From NCBI RefSeq assembly GCF_009914755.1, contig NC_060932.1: 64,000 nucleotides of DNA; one strand, given 5' to 3'. The notes beneath the pieces were generated by a model. That model did not search any database and was not told the origin of the DNA. It worked only from the letters and a program-made list of their open reading frames with translations. This stretch comes from the human T2T-CHM13v2.0 reference genome, Homo sapiens. This document shows, in pieces, positions 1-12,425 of the stretch; the first letter of the stretch is position 1, and every line of letters starts with the position of its first letter. Position numbers and translations under genes: made by a program.

Positions 1-109
1 CGAGGATCAGATGGCACAGGACACAACACATGTTTATATTTCCCATCTACCTTGCATCCTGGCTTAAAGGAGCAAGTAGAGAAACATATGGAAATCCAAT
101 GATGAAAAG

Positions 110-616
110 TGTTAAAGTAAAACATTATTCAATGATTCTTGTTAAAGCACAGTAAGATAGACTTTATTCAGGACCATTGCAATAGGTATTGGAACCAATA
201 CAACAGGATTCTGCAGCGGGAGAGAGAGATTGGGCTCAACTCTGAATACAGCATGGGCAAGTGGAAGTTTATAGCCAAAGAGCACCCAGTTTTTCAGTAG
301 GTGGAAAATTACTGAGATAACACTGCGGTAAGAAAGATTCTGGCTAAACTGACCTACCAGAATTCTTTCTGAAGACAGGCCAAGGTGATCCTTCATTACC
401 TGTGGGATGGTGGAGGATGAAAAATCTGATCAGATATCAAGAGTGAGCAGATATCAAAAGGATGAATGTTCTTGCTAAACTGATTTAGCAGAGTTCTTGC
501 TAAACTGATTTAGCAGAGTTCTTGCTAAAATTAGATTTTATAAGGAAGTGCACAGATGGACCTAGCAGAAGCTCAGGAGCCTGACTAAAGTGTGGTCAAG
601 CAAATAATCTTTGTCA
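110..616 (-). mobile_element. Solo ERV1 LTR, MER31-like
   Basis: TG...CA termini and a 4-bp TSD AAAG (106-109, 617-620). Minus-strand start TGACAAAGATTATTTGCTTGACCACACTTTAGTCAGGCTCCTGA resembles MER31. Confidence 0.7.
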
Positions 617-1056
617 AAAGTTAGCCACATGCTTGCAGTTGGAATTTGCATAAGGTCTTAATACAATTTCTAGAAAATGTCGGTGAGTTTAACCAGCAAT
701 TATGTTGACTTGCACCCAAACAAATGTGGAAAAGACAGGTAATGCACAATTGCTTTCATTTCATGGTTCACATTTGGGTCCATGTCTATCAGGTTCGATG
801 AGTGGACTTCTCCCCCATCAAAGGGCACCTTGATTGCTTCAACTGCATGGCTCAAAATCCACTGTAAGTCCCAAGAAATGGAAGATTCAGCCATGTCAGG
901 CCTCACACAAAAAGGTAGCCTAAGTAAACATTCATAACTAAGAAACTCCTCATATACCTGTCTGCCTACTAGTCTATCAAAACACTAAATTAGATGCATA
1001 CAATTATAAAATATATTCCAGGGCATAAAAGGGTTGGCAGAGGATCAATGTCAGGT

Positions 1057-1483
1057 GTGGCAACTACCAAAAATGCAACCCCTAACTGGGAAGTGTGATT
1101 GACCAAGGGACCCAACTCTGAAATCCACTGCTGCATTTGTGTAGAGACCATGCTTCTCACGGGCTGTTCTGGTATCAGGAATACCACGGCCAATCTATTT
1201 CTTGGCAACACCGAACTCCTGTGATAGCCAACTGTGGTTCAGAGACTCACCAGCAGCCGTAATGGGCCTTCCTTAGGCTGCACAACTACGTAGGATGCTT
1301 CTACCTGACTTTCCTCCCCTCTCTCCTTCACCTGTGGGCAAACTTGTTTCATCGTCTGCCAACTGCCCCAAGATGTTCCATCTCTCTCTCCATTTTTTCT
1401 AACACAGGCCTTTCCCCTAAGAAAATTCTCGCACACTTAATCCTGTCTCGGCATCTGCTTCTTGGGAAATCTGGACTAATACA
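1057..1483 (+). mobile_element. ERVL LTR, LTR16-like
   Basis: 3' end ...ggcatctgcttcttgggaaatctggactaataca is typical of LTR16. The 5' boundary is approximate. Confidence 0.6.
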
Positions 1484-2128
1484 CCAGGCAGGATCAGGTA
1501 CCATGTTTGGGAAAGAAAAACAAACTGGAAAATTGTCACAGCTTCATCCCTTTCTAGTTGTGTCAAGCTACTTCTAAAAACCTCATTTCCTCATCTGCCA
1601 AATGAATTAGCTGGATTAGGTATCTCTAAAGTCTCTTCTAGCTTCGACCTCTTGGATTCTGTAGCTCCCATTCTGTCATTTATGACCACAGGTTACCAGC
1701 ATCCTAGGAGACAGTGTCTCTCAGCACAATTGGCTTATTCTACTTACGGAGTCTCAGGTGAGGAGTTACATTTCCATACACTGCTCTTGGACAAGAGAAA
1801 GCTGTGAGGTAGCCAAAAACTGAGCAAGTAGAGTAAGGGCATCCCTGGCTAGGCCCCCACAGAGAACTGAGTGAGTGGAACACATCTTTTATAGTCCAAG
1901 TTGCAGTATTAGAGCCTCAAGGCCAAGAGCTCACCTTGAAACCAGAGCCAAGGTATGCTAGCAAGCTTGAAGACGTCCTGCCACGTCAGAAGGAGATAGT
2001 GTCCCCTCTTCTAAGCCCCCTCAACTCTGTGTCAGACCTTTCTCCAGGCACTTAGCACATGGACCTAACAAGCACCTTGGAGTCTGACACATGAAAGTTC
2101 TAATCACTGGTGAGCCATTGAGAATTAC

Positions 2129-2605
2129 GTCAGTTAAGATTAGGTATGGCCACCTGTGAAGGAAACTCAAATTAACAATGGCTTAAAGACACTCAATTTT
2201 ATTCTCTCATGAAAGAAAGAAGTCCAGAGGTAGACAGTTCAGAGCTGAGACAGTGGTTCCACAAAGTCAACAAGGACCTAGATTCCATTCACCTTTCCAC
2301 TCCACTATCTTTTGATTCAAGATGACTGCTAGAGCTCCAGCCATCACATCCATGTTCCAAACAACAGGATAGAGGACAGAAGAAGGGACCTCCTTTCTTC
2401 CTTTAAACACATTTCCTACATTTTTCACCAACACTTCCACTTTATCTTATTGGCCAAAACATAGTCAGGTAGCTTTACCCATCTACAAGGAAGGCTGGAG
2501 AATGTAGTCTGTTAGCTGATGGCAATCTGCTCAGCCGAAAATCGGGGTCCTTATGGTCAAGAAAGAAGGGGAGCTGAATATGAGGAGGTAACTAGTTGTT
2601 TCCAT
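2129..2605 (-). mobile_element. Old MaLR LTR (MLT1K/J-like)
   Basis: Motifs aacaatggcttaaa, agtccagagg, ccagccatcacatccatgttcca and tacaaggaaggctggagaatgtagtc. Confidence 0.6.
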
Positions 2606-2877
2606 CAGAGACTAACGGGAAAAACAAACCTGGCAGGGAGTGAAGACAGAGGGCTCACACAGAAGGGGAATGAATCAGGCATGGAGAAGATGGGTCTCTC
2701 ACCATCCGTGGGGTCATAGTGTGCATATGCCTCAAATTTTTATCATAACCAAAAATAAAAACAAAAAATTGGCAATATTTAACCCTATCTAAGAATAAAT
2801 ACACACATGACTTATATTGTACCACCTGTGTAGCTAACTCAAGTCCCATATTATTTTTTGCTGTTATGATTCAGACA

Positions 2878-2878
<1 letters not shown>

Positions 2879-2915
<37 letters not shown>

Positions 2916-3108
2916 ACAGAGTCTCGCTCTGTCACTCAGGCTGGAGTGCAGTGCACGATCTCGGCTCACTGCAACCTCCGCCTCCCTGGTTCAAGCAATT
3001 CTTGTGCCTCAGCCTCCAGAGTAGCTGGGATTACAGGTGCCTGCCACCACGCCCTGCTGATTTTTGTATTTTTAGTAGAGATGGGGTTTCACCATGTTGG
3101 CCAGGCTG
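2879..3108 (-). mobile_element. 5'-truncated AluS whose A-tail is replaced by a (TG)~15 microsatellite
   Basis: Alu right arm plus part of the left arm; 13-bp TSD atgattcagacac at 2866-2878 and 3109-3121. Confidence 0.9.
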
Positions 3109-4046
3109 ATGATTCAGACACATTTTTTAAATGCTTTCTCTGAGAGTCAAGATTTAAAGTTGTGGCACGAATTGGGATAGATCTATGTTTTTAAAAGTAG
3201 CCCATGCCTCCCTACCACTTTCGCCAGGAAGTATGATGCTGTTGGCACTCAGATTCTCTGGTGCTCATGTTTTTCACCTGCCAAATGAAGACAGTAATGC
3301 CTACCAAGACAGGCGATCATCAGAATGAAAAGTAAAGCCTGAAAAGCATCCAGTCTAGAGTCTGGTTCATGATAAATGCTCAATAAAGTCTATGGTTATT
3401 TGTGGTCTCCACTGCTAGCAGGTTTCCAGAGAAGAAGAATCTGTCTTCTTCCTTTTTGCATCTCCTCCTTTTTTTAAAATTGATTGAATTATGGGATTTC
3501 AAAAAATGGTTTTGTGATTAAAAAGCCTAGTTGTTTTCTATTTAACATTTGTAATGCTATATGCAGAAATAAATTATTTTAACAAAATTCAAACAGGTAT
3601 GAAAACAGAGACTATCAGAATAGTTATTTGTGTGTTCACTTATTCAACATTTATTTGAGGACCAAGCACTGAAGACACGAAAATGAAAATCACATAGTTC
3701 TGTATTCAAGATAATTAATGTAAGAGGAGGACAGAACAAATTATAAGATGCAATAAGAACTACAGTGAAGATGTGTAGTTACTGATGCCGGCAGGAGGGG
3801 CCAGCTATGCCCAGGAGAATCAGAGCTTTACAGACGATGTGAAATTTGAGTTGGTGTTTTGAGGGATGAATAGGAGTTTACTAGATGGAGGGAAAGATTA
3901 GTTACTAATTTTAAATATTATACCTAGAAATCATGAATAAGCAGGAGGAAAAGTTTGGTTAATGTGTGAATCAGCAGATGAAGAGAAATAAATCTTATAA
4001 TAAAGAGATATTTAGATTTAGAACAGTACGGACATCAGAATTATGG

Positions 4047-4048
<2 letters not shown>

Positions 4049-4112
<64 letters not shown>

Positions 4113-4165
4113 TATATACACATACATACACACACACACACACATACACATATATATATATATCT
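4049..4165. repeat. Compound microsatellite (CT)n-(AT)n-(CA)n-(AT)n
   Basis: Directly visible. Confidence 0.97.
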
Positions 4166-4884
4166 CCAAAGCCAGGTTAGTGATGCTGAAGGCAGTTTGC
4201 CCCTCACTAGGAAACACCATGAGGGCTGCATTATTATATGTGTGGCCTGAGCATTTGCTGGTAGAGTGAGAAGTCCCATGTCGTAAAAAGATTCACAAGT
4301 AAAACATCTTCCAATTGCAGGTATCAGAGATCCATATAGAAGCCCAGCTTCAGCAACTACCTGGTGGCAAGGAAGAAGAGTCCTCGACACAGACATCGTA
4401 GGTGAACTCCTCCAGAATGAGATCAACAGGATCAGAAATGCCCTTCCATTTCCATTAAGCCCCCCAGTTAAGAACACTGAATTGGAGTAAGGAATTAATG
4501 GGAGGAGACCTGTGAAAATTCCTATACACTGCTTGAGAAGAATGGCAGACCAACTAATTAACTCATCCAGTAATTTGTCATATTAAATTATCACAGCAAC
4601 TTGTGAGAAGCGGGGAGTTTCTCTGGGAAATAGGACCCAGGTCAGTGACTTCTTACAGAGCTAAACCTCTGCAGTGTACAAAAACCTTTCCAGGGCAGCT
4701 CATGTGCAATGAATATGGTGCACTGGGGCCCAGAAACCACCCTTCTTCTAATACAGGGTTTGTCAAACTTGAAGTTACAAATACTTAGTAGATCTTAAAA
4801 GTCTATTATCACAACAAGCTTTTTAAAAACATGAAATAAAATGGAATGGGACAGAATGGAACCCAATGAATGGATGAAAGAATT

Positions 4885-5045
4885 AGAATAGAATAGAATA
4901 GAATAGAATAGAATAGAATAGAATAGAATAGAATAGAATAGAATAGAATAGAATAGAATAGAATAGAAAATAGAATAGAATAGAATAGAATAGAATAGAA
5001 TAGAATAGAATAGAATAGAATAGAATAGAATAGAATAGAATAGAA
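4885..5045. repeat. (AATAG)n pentanucleotide repeat, ~32 units with one interruption
   Basis: Directly visible; preceded by degenerate AATGG units. Confidence 0.97.
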
Positions 5046-5189
5046 CAGGCTAGAGTGCATTACACTAGTAAAGTTAATATAGTTTTGTAAAACATCGTAA
5101 AACCATGCATACATGTGCATGCACACACACACATACACACACACAGACAATCTGGCTTTTGATTTAAATGTATGTTTATTGGTTGCTGG

Positions 5190-5812
5190 CAAACCCCCAC
5201 TATCCTAGCCTGCCCATTACCCTAGAGTGCCTTCCCAAACTGAAAGACTGAAAAACTTAAAGAGGTATTTCCCATAATCTCTTGCAGTTAAAATGCAAAT
5301 AGGATTTAGGTTGGCCAAACATAAACAGTTGCATGAGATTCAGAAAGTGTGTCGAAGGTAAAGGTCTCAACTTGGGTCTGTCCAATGCTGCTGTTGACCG
5401 GCTGGTTCACGGGGGCCCTGGGTTTTCCTGCAGTAACAGTGGCAGAGGTCCCAGTGTCCAGTTGCTGATTTCATGGTAGGGGGTCTGTGTTCTGCGAAAG
5501 TGGACCTGGCAGGTGCAGCACTCTTCTGGAGGCAATAGCTGCCGTGGCCTTCTCCCAACCCATGGATCACAGCAGGGACGTTGTATTCCTGGATGTACCA
5601 TTTGCCATGTCTGCTTCCTGATTTTCCCGCTTCGGGACTGTGGCAGCAGCGGCAGCTCCCCAAGTGGGCTGATGCTGTGGCACTGTTCTGGAAGTCACTC
5701 TGGAAGACCCAGCCCACTCCTCCAGCCCTCCCAGGGTTTTTTGAGTGCCTAATTCCCTTCCTGATTAAAAATTGCTAGAGTTGTTTCTGTTGGCTGCAAC
5801 TAAACCCTGTCG
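5190..5812 (+). mobile_element. ERVL LTR (LTR33/LTR41-like)
   Basis: 3' part gtgcctaattccct...gctagagttgtttctgttggctgcaactaaaccctg resembles this group; boundaries approximate. Confidence 0.5.
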
Positions 5813-6412
5813 GGTAATAGAAAAACAGATATGAGGGTCATCAAATGATGCACCCAAGTCTCCTCTCTAAATTAGAGTCGAATTAATGGCAAGGCTGGAA
5901 CTGAAACCCCGTTCTTCGAACATTGAGTCCTCGGTGGGGTTTGGTGTCCCCTCAGCTGCATTTGTGAAGGAATGGAAAAAGAGGATGACATTAAACCTAA
6001 GGAAGGGGCTTAGGTTTGGGATGAAGTTTGTGCCCAAATCTTACTCCCAAGGTCCTCCTCTCCTCCAGAGTTATTGACTAAGGAAGCAGTCACAGAAGGA
6101 ACAAACATCAAATAATAAGAAAAATATTCTCATTTTACAAGCAGCACAAGCCCCTGACACTCCCATGATGCAGATGATCTACATGATCTGCAGAGGTGCA
6201 TGAAGTTTGGCCTTTCTCCCACTCGAACAGAGATGGTAAGATCTGTACAGCAGACCTCACGCTTCTGACGTAAGCAGTCAAATAGATGAGGCTGACCAAC
6301 CTGTAACAGGGACCGTCGGGGATGGTTACTGCCCTGGAGGCAGAGGGCTTAAAGTAGGAGACTTAGGAAGCAGGCAGAGAGAGGAGAGGGGATAGGTTCC
6401 ATCAAGGCTTCA

Positions 6413-6936
<524 letters not shown>

Positions 6937-7100
6937 CTAGAATCTAGGGTGTCTGGACAATCAGGAAAACATGGGGGGGACCATGTCTTAGAAGAATTAG
7001 GAAAGAATTCGAGGAAAGAAAGGCTAAAAGAAAGATGCAAGACATTAGAGAGATCTTATGCCCTCTTTCGCTGTTTTCTCAAAAGTCTTTCTGAATTTAG

Positions 7101-7417
<317 letters not shown>

Positions 7418-8379
7418 CAAAATTTAGAGATCTTATATGAACTTAGCTGTAATAGCTCATAAACGCATAGGTGACCGTCTCCTATAGATTGAGGCTGAAG
7501 AAGGCAAAACTCTCTCACCTCTTGCTGGGCCAGCATAGCTCCATTCCTTTCTAAGAGAGGTTTGTTAATAAGTTGGCATTCATGTTACTCTGGTGAGTTT
7601 ATTTCATCACAGACTCACTGAGAAAAAAAAAAAAAACATTGCAACTTACCACAATAAAGTAAATATCACAAGATAAATGACAATGTTGGAATGGAAACTA
7701 CTTAGGGACTCAGAACGGTCAGACGCAAACAGTTTCAAGACTATTAGCTGTTAAAGGTTATGCCTTATGTCACCCAAAAGGGTTTTCCCCTAGATTTATA
7801 GCACAAACTCATGGAAGATTTATTGCCGTCTTAATTTTTTCCCCAATTTTAACTTTACGAACAGTCAGCCTGGAATTCCTCCTAAGTCATTTAGGAATGA
7901 GGAGCTGCCGGTTCTTAAGAAATGCTTTGTGGCACATTTTCTGCAACTTTAGTGTCTTTCTTATGAATTCGATTATGATCAAATCATCTCATGTGCCTCT
8001 CCAGATATACCCTCTGCCCTTTGCCACCCACCCTGTTCTCTGTCCCAGGAAGCTGGCCTTTAAGAGCCACATAACGAAGTCTCTTGCCTTTGGCTTTCAG
8101 ATGGGCACAGCCACAAGGGGGAATGACCAGAGATTGGCAGAAGGGAAGAGACGGGCTTGGGCTGTTTGTTTCCCCAGATCCTTTCTGCATGCTCCACGGC
8201 TGGCTGCACCTTGGCAAGGTCTCAGCTCCTGTCAGGCAGCCTTCTCACAACGCTCTCTGCCTCCAAGTTCCAGTAACCATTCCGTCCCAGTGACAGAGTG
8301 TACATTTGTTCACAATATTCATTCTCTCTCTCAGGGCCCACCCCACTTATTTTGGCTTGGCCATTTGATTTGCATTGGT

Positions 8380-8690
8380 CCATGGAATGTAAGCGGGCGC
8401 GTCGTCCATCTCACAGAAGCAAGAAGCTTTAATGTGCTCTTGGATGATGTGGCTCTGCCCCTCGTGCTTCTGACCTCCATCATGAGAAGAGTAGGTCCCA
8501 ACGTGAGACCACCGTGAGCCTGCACTCTCAAATGAGAAGGCCATGTCGGGCCCAGCCAAGCCCAGCAGAGTCCAGCAGAACCACAGCCAAACTACAGCCC
8601 TCATGCAACATGCACGAGAAATGATGTTTGTTATCATAAGCCACTGAGATACCGAGGTTGTTGGTTATCACTGCAAAAGTCAACAGATGC
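8380..8690 (+). mobile_element. Old MaLR LTR (MLT1J-like)
   Basis: 3' motifs cccagccaagcccagc and tgttatcataagccactgagataccgaggttgttggttatcactgca. Confidence 0.55.
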
Positions 8691-8981
8691 GGCCGGGTGC
8701 AGTGGCTCAGGCCTGTAATCCCAGCACTTTGGGAGGCCAAGGCGGGTGGATCACAAGATCAGGAGATGGAGACCATCCTGGCTAACACGGTGAAACCCCG
8801 TCTCTACTAAAAATAAAAAAATTAGCTGGGCGTGGTGGCGGGCGCCTGTAATCCCAGCTACTCGGGAGGCTGAGGCAAGAGAATGGCGTGAACCCGGGAA
8901 GCAGAGCTTGCAGTGAACCGAGATACCGCACTGCACTCCAGCCTGGGTGACAGAGCTAGACTCCGTCTCAAAAAAAAAAAA
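8691..8981 (+). mobile_element. AluY
   Basis: Diagnostic gagaccatcctggctaacacgg, gaatggcgtgaacc and gagcttgcag; perfect 16-bp TSD aaaagtcaacagatgc at 8675-8690 and 8982-8997. Confidence 0.95.
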
Positions 8982-9287
8982 AAAAGTCAACAGATGCACT
9001 CCCACCCAGTGCCTCTTCAGACCTAGGAGTACCTCTGACATCTACTGCTACTAGGCACAGTGTTCTGCTATACGCCTTGTGGGTTCTCTACTCCCTTCCC
9101 AAACCTTTATGAATGGTTCCTTTATTAAAGACTCTTCAGTATATCCAATTCAATTATGTCACCTGCTTCTTGTTGAGACTGTGACTGAAACGTGTCATGT
9201 TTAGAATGGAGAATATTAGAACAAACCACAAAGAGATTTAATATAGCATGATATTGACTGACTCTCTTTAATAGCAAACAATAACTA

Positions 9288-9435
9288 AGAGGAAAAGGAA
9301 GAGGGGAGAGAGGAAGCAGAGGGAGACAAACAAAAGGAGAGGAGAGAGAGAGATAAGGAGAGGAAAGGAAGAAAAAGAAGAGGAGGAGGAAGAGAAAAAG
9401 GAAGAGGTGGAAGTATGGAGTGGGAGAGAAGAAAG
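9288..9435. repeat. GA-rich polypurine low-complexity tract
   Basis: Almost exclusively G/A. Confidence 0.85.
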
Positions 9436-9489
9436 TAGTTATTGAGGGCTTACTACATGCAGATATTGTGAAAAGAACTTAAAGATAAT

Positions 9490-9705
9490 CTTGACTATAG
9501 TAAACAATAATTGAATTGTTCGTTTTTAAATGATTAAAGAGTCTAACTGGATTGTTGAAAACACAAAAGATCAATGGCTGAGGTGATAGATACCCCACTT
9601 ACCGTGATGTGATTATTATGCATCGCATGCCTGTATCAAAATATCTCTTGGAACCCATAAATATATACACCTACTATGTACCCACAAAAATTAAAAATAA
9701 AAAAA
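9490..9705 (+). mobile_element. L1 3' end (L1MA-type)
   Basis: ...gatgtgattattatgcatcgcatgcctgtatcaaaatatctc...acctactatgtacccacaaaaattaaaaataaaaaaa. Confidence 0.85.
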
Positions 9706-10646
9706 GGTGATCTCATTTGATCCTTACAACAACCCTAGGTACTATCAATTATGTGCATTTCGTAAATGAAGAAATAAGATAAAAAGAAGGTAGGGAGTTT
9801 TCTCAACGTCACCCTCAGAAATGTCCAGAAAAACTGCTTTACAGCCTCAAGAAAAAGAGAGCACAAAGTGGATGGTAGGAAGGCCTCGTGGTGATAACAT
9901 CTTCGAGGGCCATGAGGGGTGACAGAGTGATGCTACTTATTCAAAACTCTTGGACAACATATGCCAGGAAATCTTGCTGGCTAACGGAAATACATCAACA
10001 ACTACAGCTTGTGAAACACCAACAGTCTCTAAGTAGCTCCAGAGTTCATTTGGATTCTGTGCTTTTTTTAAAAAGAAGCTCCATTAAACTGCCATGATGA
10101 GCTGCTCTGATGCTGGGATTATTCACTGTAGTGCAAAATAAAGTCAATTATGGGGCTCTCCTATGAGTGAGGGACTAATTGGCAAGTTCCCATTTTCTCT
10201 TGGGCTTTATTTCTGTTTCAAGATTGTCAAGCAAAAGTGATAATTACAAAGACGACTCTATCTTGCACCTATTTTTCACACCAGTCACCCATTGTTCATT
10301 CACAGGTGTTCCATGGAGGTCAATCTCTACAAATGCATGCAGATGTGCTATGATTCAATTCTAATGAACCTTTCAGAAGAAGCCACACACAACCAGCTCT
10401 GCAACATCACTACTTTCACCACTTACCAAAATGATCAACACACATCATTTCTCTTAACTGTTTTATGCAAACTTAATACATATTCTGAAAAGTAAGAAAA
10501 ATATAACTCACATTCGGAAAGAGGGGAAGCAAAGTAACATTTATTGACTGATTAATAGGTTCAGCTCTCTATCTACAATCTCCTTTGAGAGGAAGAAATC
10601 ATTACTCCCATTTTATCAATGAAGAAACAAGATCTCAGAGGCTGAA

Positions 10647-11193
10647 TGTAATCGTTAATATTGAGTGTCAACTTGATTGCATTGAAGGATGCAAAGTATT
10701 GTTCCTGGGTGTGTCTGTGAAGGAGTTGCCAAAGAAGATTAACATTTGAGTCAGTGAACTGGGAAATGCAGACCCACCCTAAATCTGGGTGGGCACAATC
10801 TAATCAGCTGCCAGCACAACCAGAGCAGTAGAACGCGGAAAGACTAGACTGGCTAAGTCTTCTGGCCTCCATCTTTCTCCCGTGCTGGATGCTTCCTGCC
10901 CTCGAACATCAGACACCACTTTCTTCAGCTTTTGGATTCTTGGACCTACATCAGTGATTTGTCAGGGGCTCTCGAGCCTTTGGCCACAGAGTGAAGGCTG
11001 CCTATCAGCTTCCCTACTTTTGAGGTTTTTGGGACACAAAACCAGGTTTTGGCTTCCTGGCTCCTCAGCTTGCAGACAGCCTATTGTGGGACTTCACCTT
11101 GTGATCGTGTGAGTCAATTCTCCTAATAAATTTCCCTTCATATATACACCTATCCTATTAGTTCTGTCCCTCTAGAGAACCCTGACTAATACA
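10647..11193 (+). mobile_element. MLT2A solo LTR (ERVL), inserted in a MIR
   Basis: Starts tgtaatcgttaatattgagtgtcaacttgattg and ends ctctagagaaccctgactaataca. Confidence 0.88.
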
Positions 11194-11945
11194 CGAGTAA
11201 GCCCAGGGTAACATAGTTGCTTCATGGCAGAAGCAAGGTCCTAACAGACTCTTGCAGGCTGTCTTCCTACTGTGCGCTCCTGTTCCAGCACAGACCTGGC
11301 ATGGGCCAGTCATAGGCCAGCCATGCCCAAAGCCAAAATTGTCTCAGGGAATGGTGAAGCCTTGAGAATATGTGCTAGCTGTCTGTGGTTGACCATGTTG
11401 ATATTCAAAAGCATGCAATGCCCTTCTTAGGGAAAGATTTGTTCTCTCCCTATCAGCAGCAGCCTTGGTTGGACATCTTGATTTTGCCATAGAAACATGA
11501 ACAGAAACAAGTGAGCTATTTCCAAGCAGAGGCTTTAAAAGCCAGCTCAGAGCTCTCCATGTTCTCTTTTCCTTTCACTACAAGCAGCGTGTCATTCAAG
11601 GTAGAGGCTGTTCCACCAGCCTGGGTTGTGGAGTGAAACCCCCACCATGGATATGAATCGTGAGTGCAAGATAAAACCTTAGACTGGTAGGTCACTGAGA
11701 TGGGGTCCTTCATCACTGCAGTGTGACCTAGCTGGGGTTCAGGGTTCTGAAGCCCCAAGGGGCACATCCACTGCCAGATGTTTGTATCTTTTTAAATTTA
11801 TGACAAATACCAGAGTGGGGAAAGAACAAGTTGGGTTTGAATCCTGACCTTGCCATTTACAACCTGAAAATAAGCCATCTTGTGCCATCTTTCTGCATCT
11901 TCATTTCCCCATCAATAAAAATAAAAATAATAATGCCTACCACTC

Positions 11946-12425
11946 TGATATGGTTTGGCTGTGTCTCCACCCAAGTCTCATCTTGAATTGTAGCTCCCAC
12001 GATTCCATGTGCTGTGGGAGGAACCCAATGGGAGGTAATTGGATCATGGGGGCGGGTCTTTCCTGTGCTGTTCTTATGATAGTGAGTAAGTCTCATGAGA
12101 TCTGATGGATTTATAAAGAGAAGTTTATAAATCTTTATAAACTGCAGAAGTTTATAAATCTTTATAAACTGCAGAAGTTTATAAATCTTTATAAACTGCA
12201 GAAGTTTATAAATCTTTATAAACTGCAGAAGTTTATAAAGTTCTGCACAAGTTCTCTCTTACCCACTGCCACGTAAGAAGTCCCTTTGCTCTTCCTTTGT
12301 CTTCTGCCATGATTGTGAGGCCTCCCCAGCCATATAGAACTGTGAGTCCATTAAACCTTTTTTTCTTTATAAATTACTCAGTCCTGGGTATATCTTTATT
12401 AGCAGCGTGAGAACAGACTAATACA
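11946..12425 (+). mobile_element. THE1 solo LTR (MaLR) containing an internal minisatellite
   Basis: Starts tgatatggtttggctgtgt and ends gaacagactaataca; near-TSD cactc/cacac. Confidence 0.9.
12121..12240. repeat. 27-bp minisatellite, 4 perfect units plus a partial unit (AAGTTTATAAATCTTTATAAACTGCAG)
   Basis: Units start at 12121, 12148, 12175 and 12202; the partial unit starts at 12229. Confidence 0.96.

Noticed and set aside
4076-5192. Low-complexity ORFs (YI/CV and LFYSI repeats)
   Set aside because: These are translations of microsatellites.
7897-8517. Longest ORF in the track (206 aa)
   Set aside because: It runs through LTR-derived sequence, has no recognisable domain and has no supporting promoter or splice structure.
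12121-12240. CRISPR-like palindromic direct repeats
   Set aside because: The units are head-to-tail with no unique spacers, there are no cas genes, and the context is a eukaryotic LTR. It is a minisatellite.
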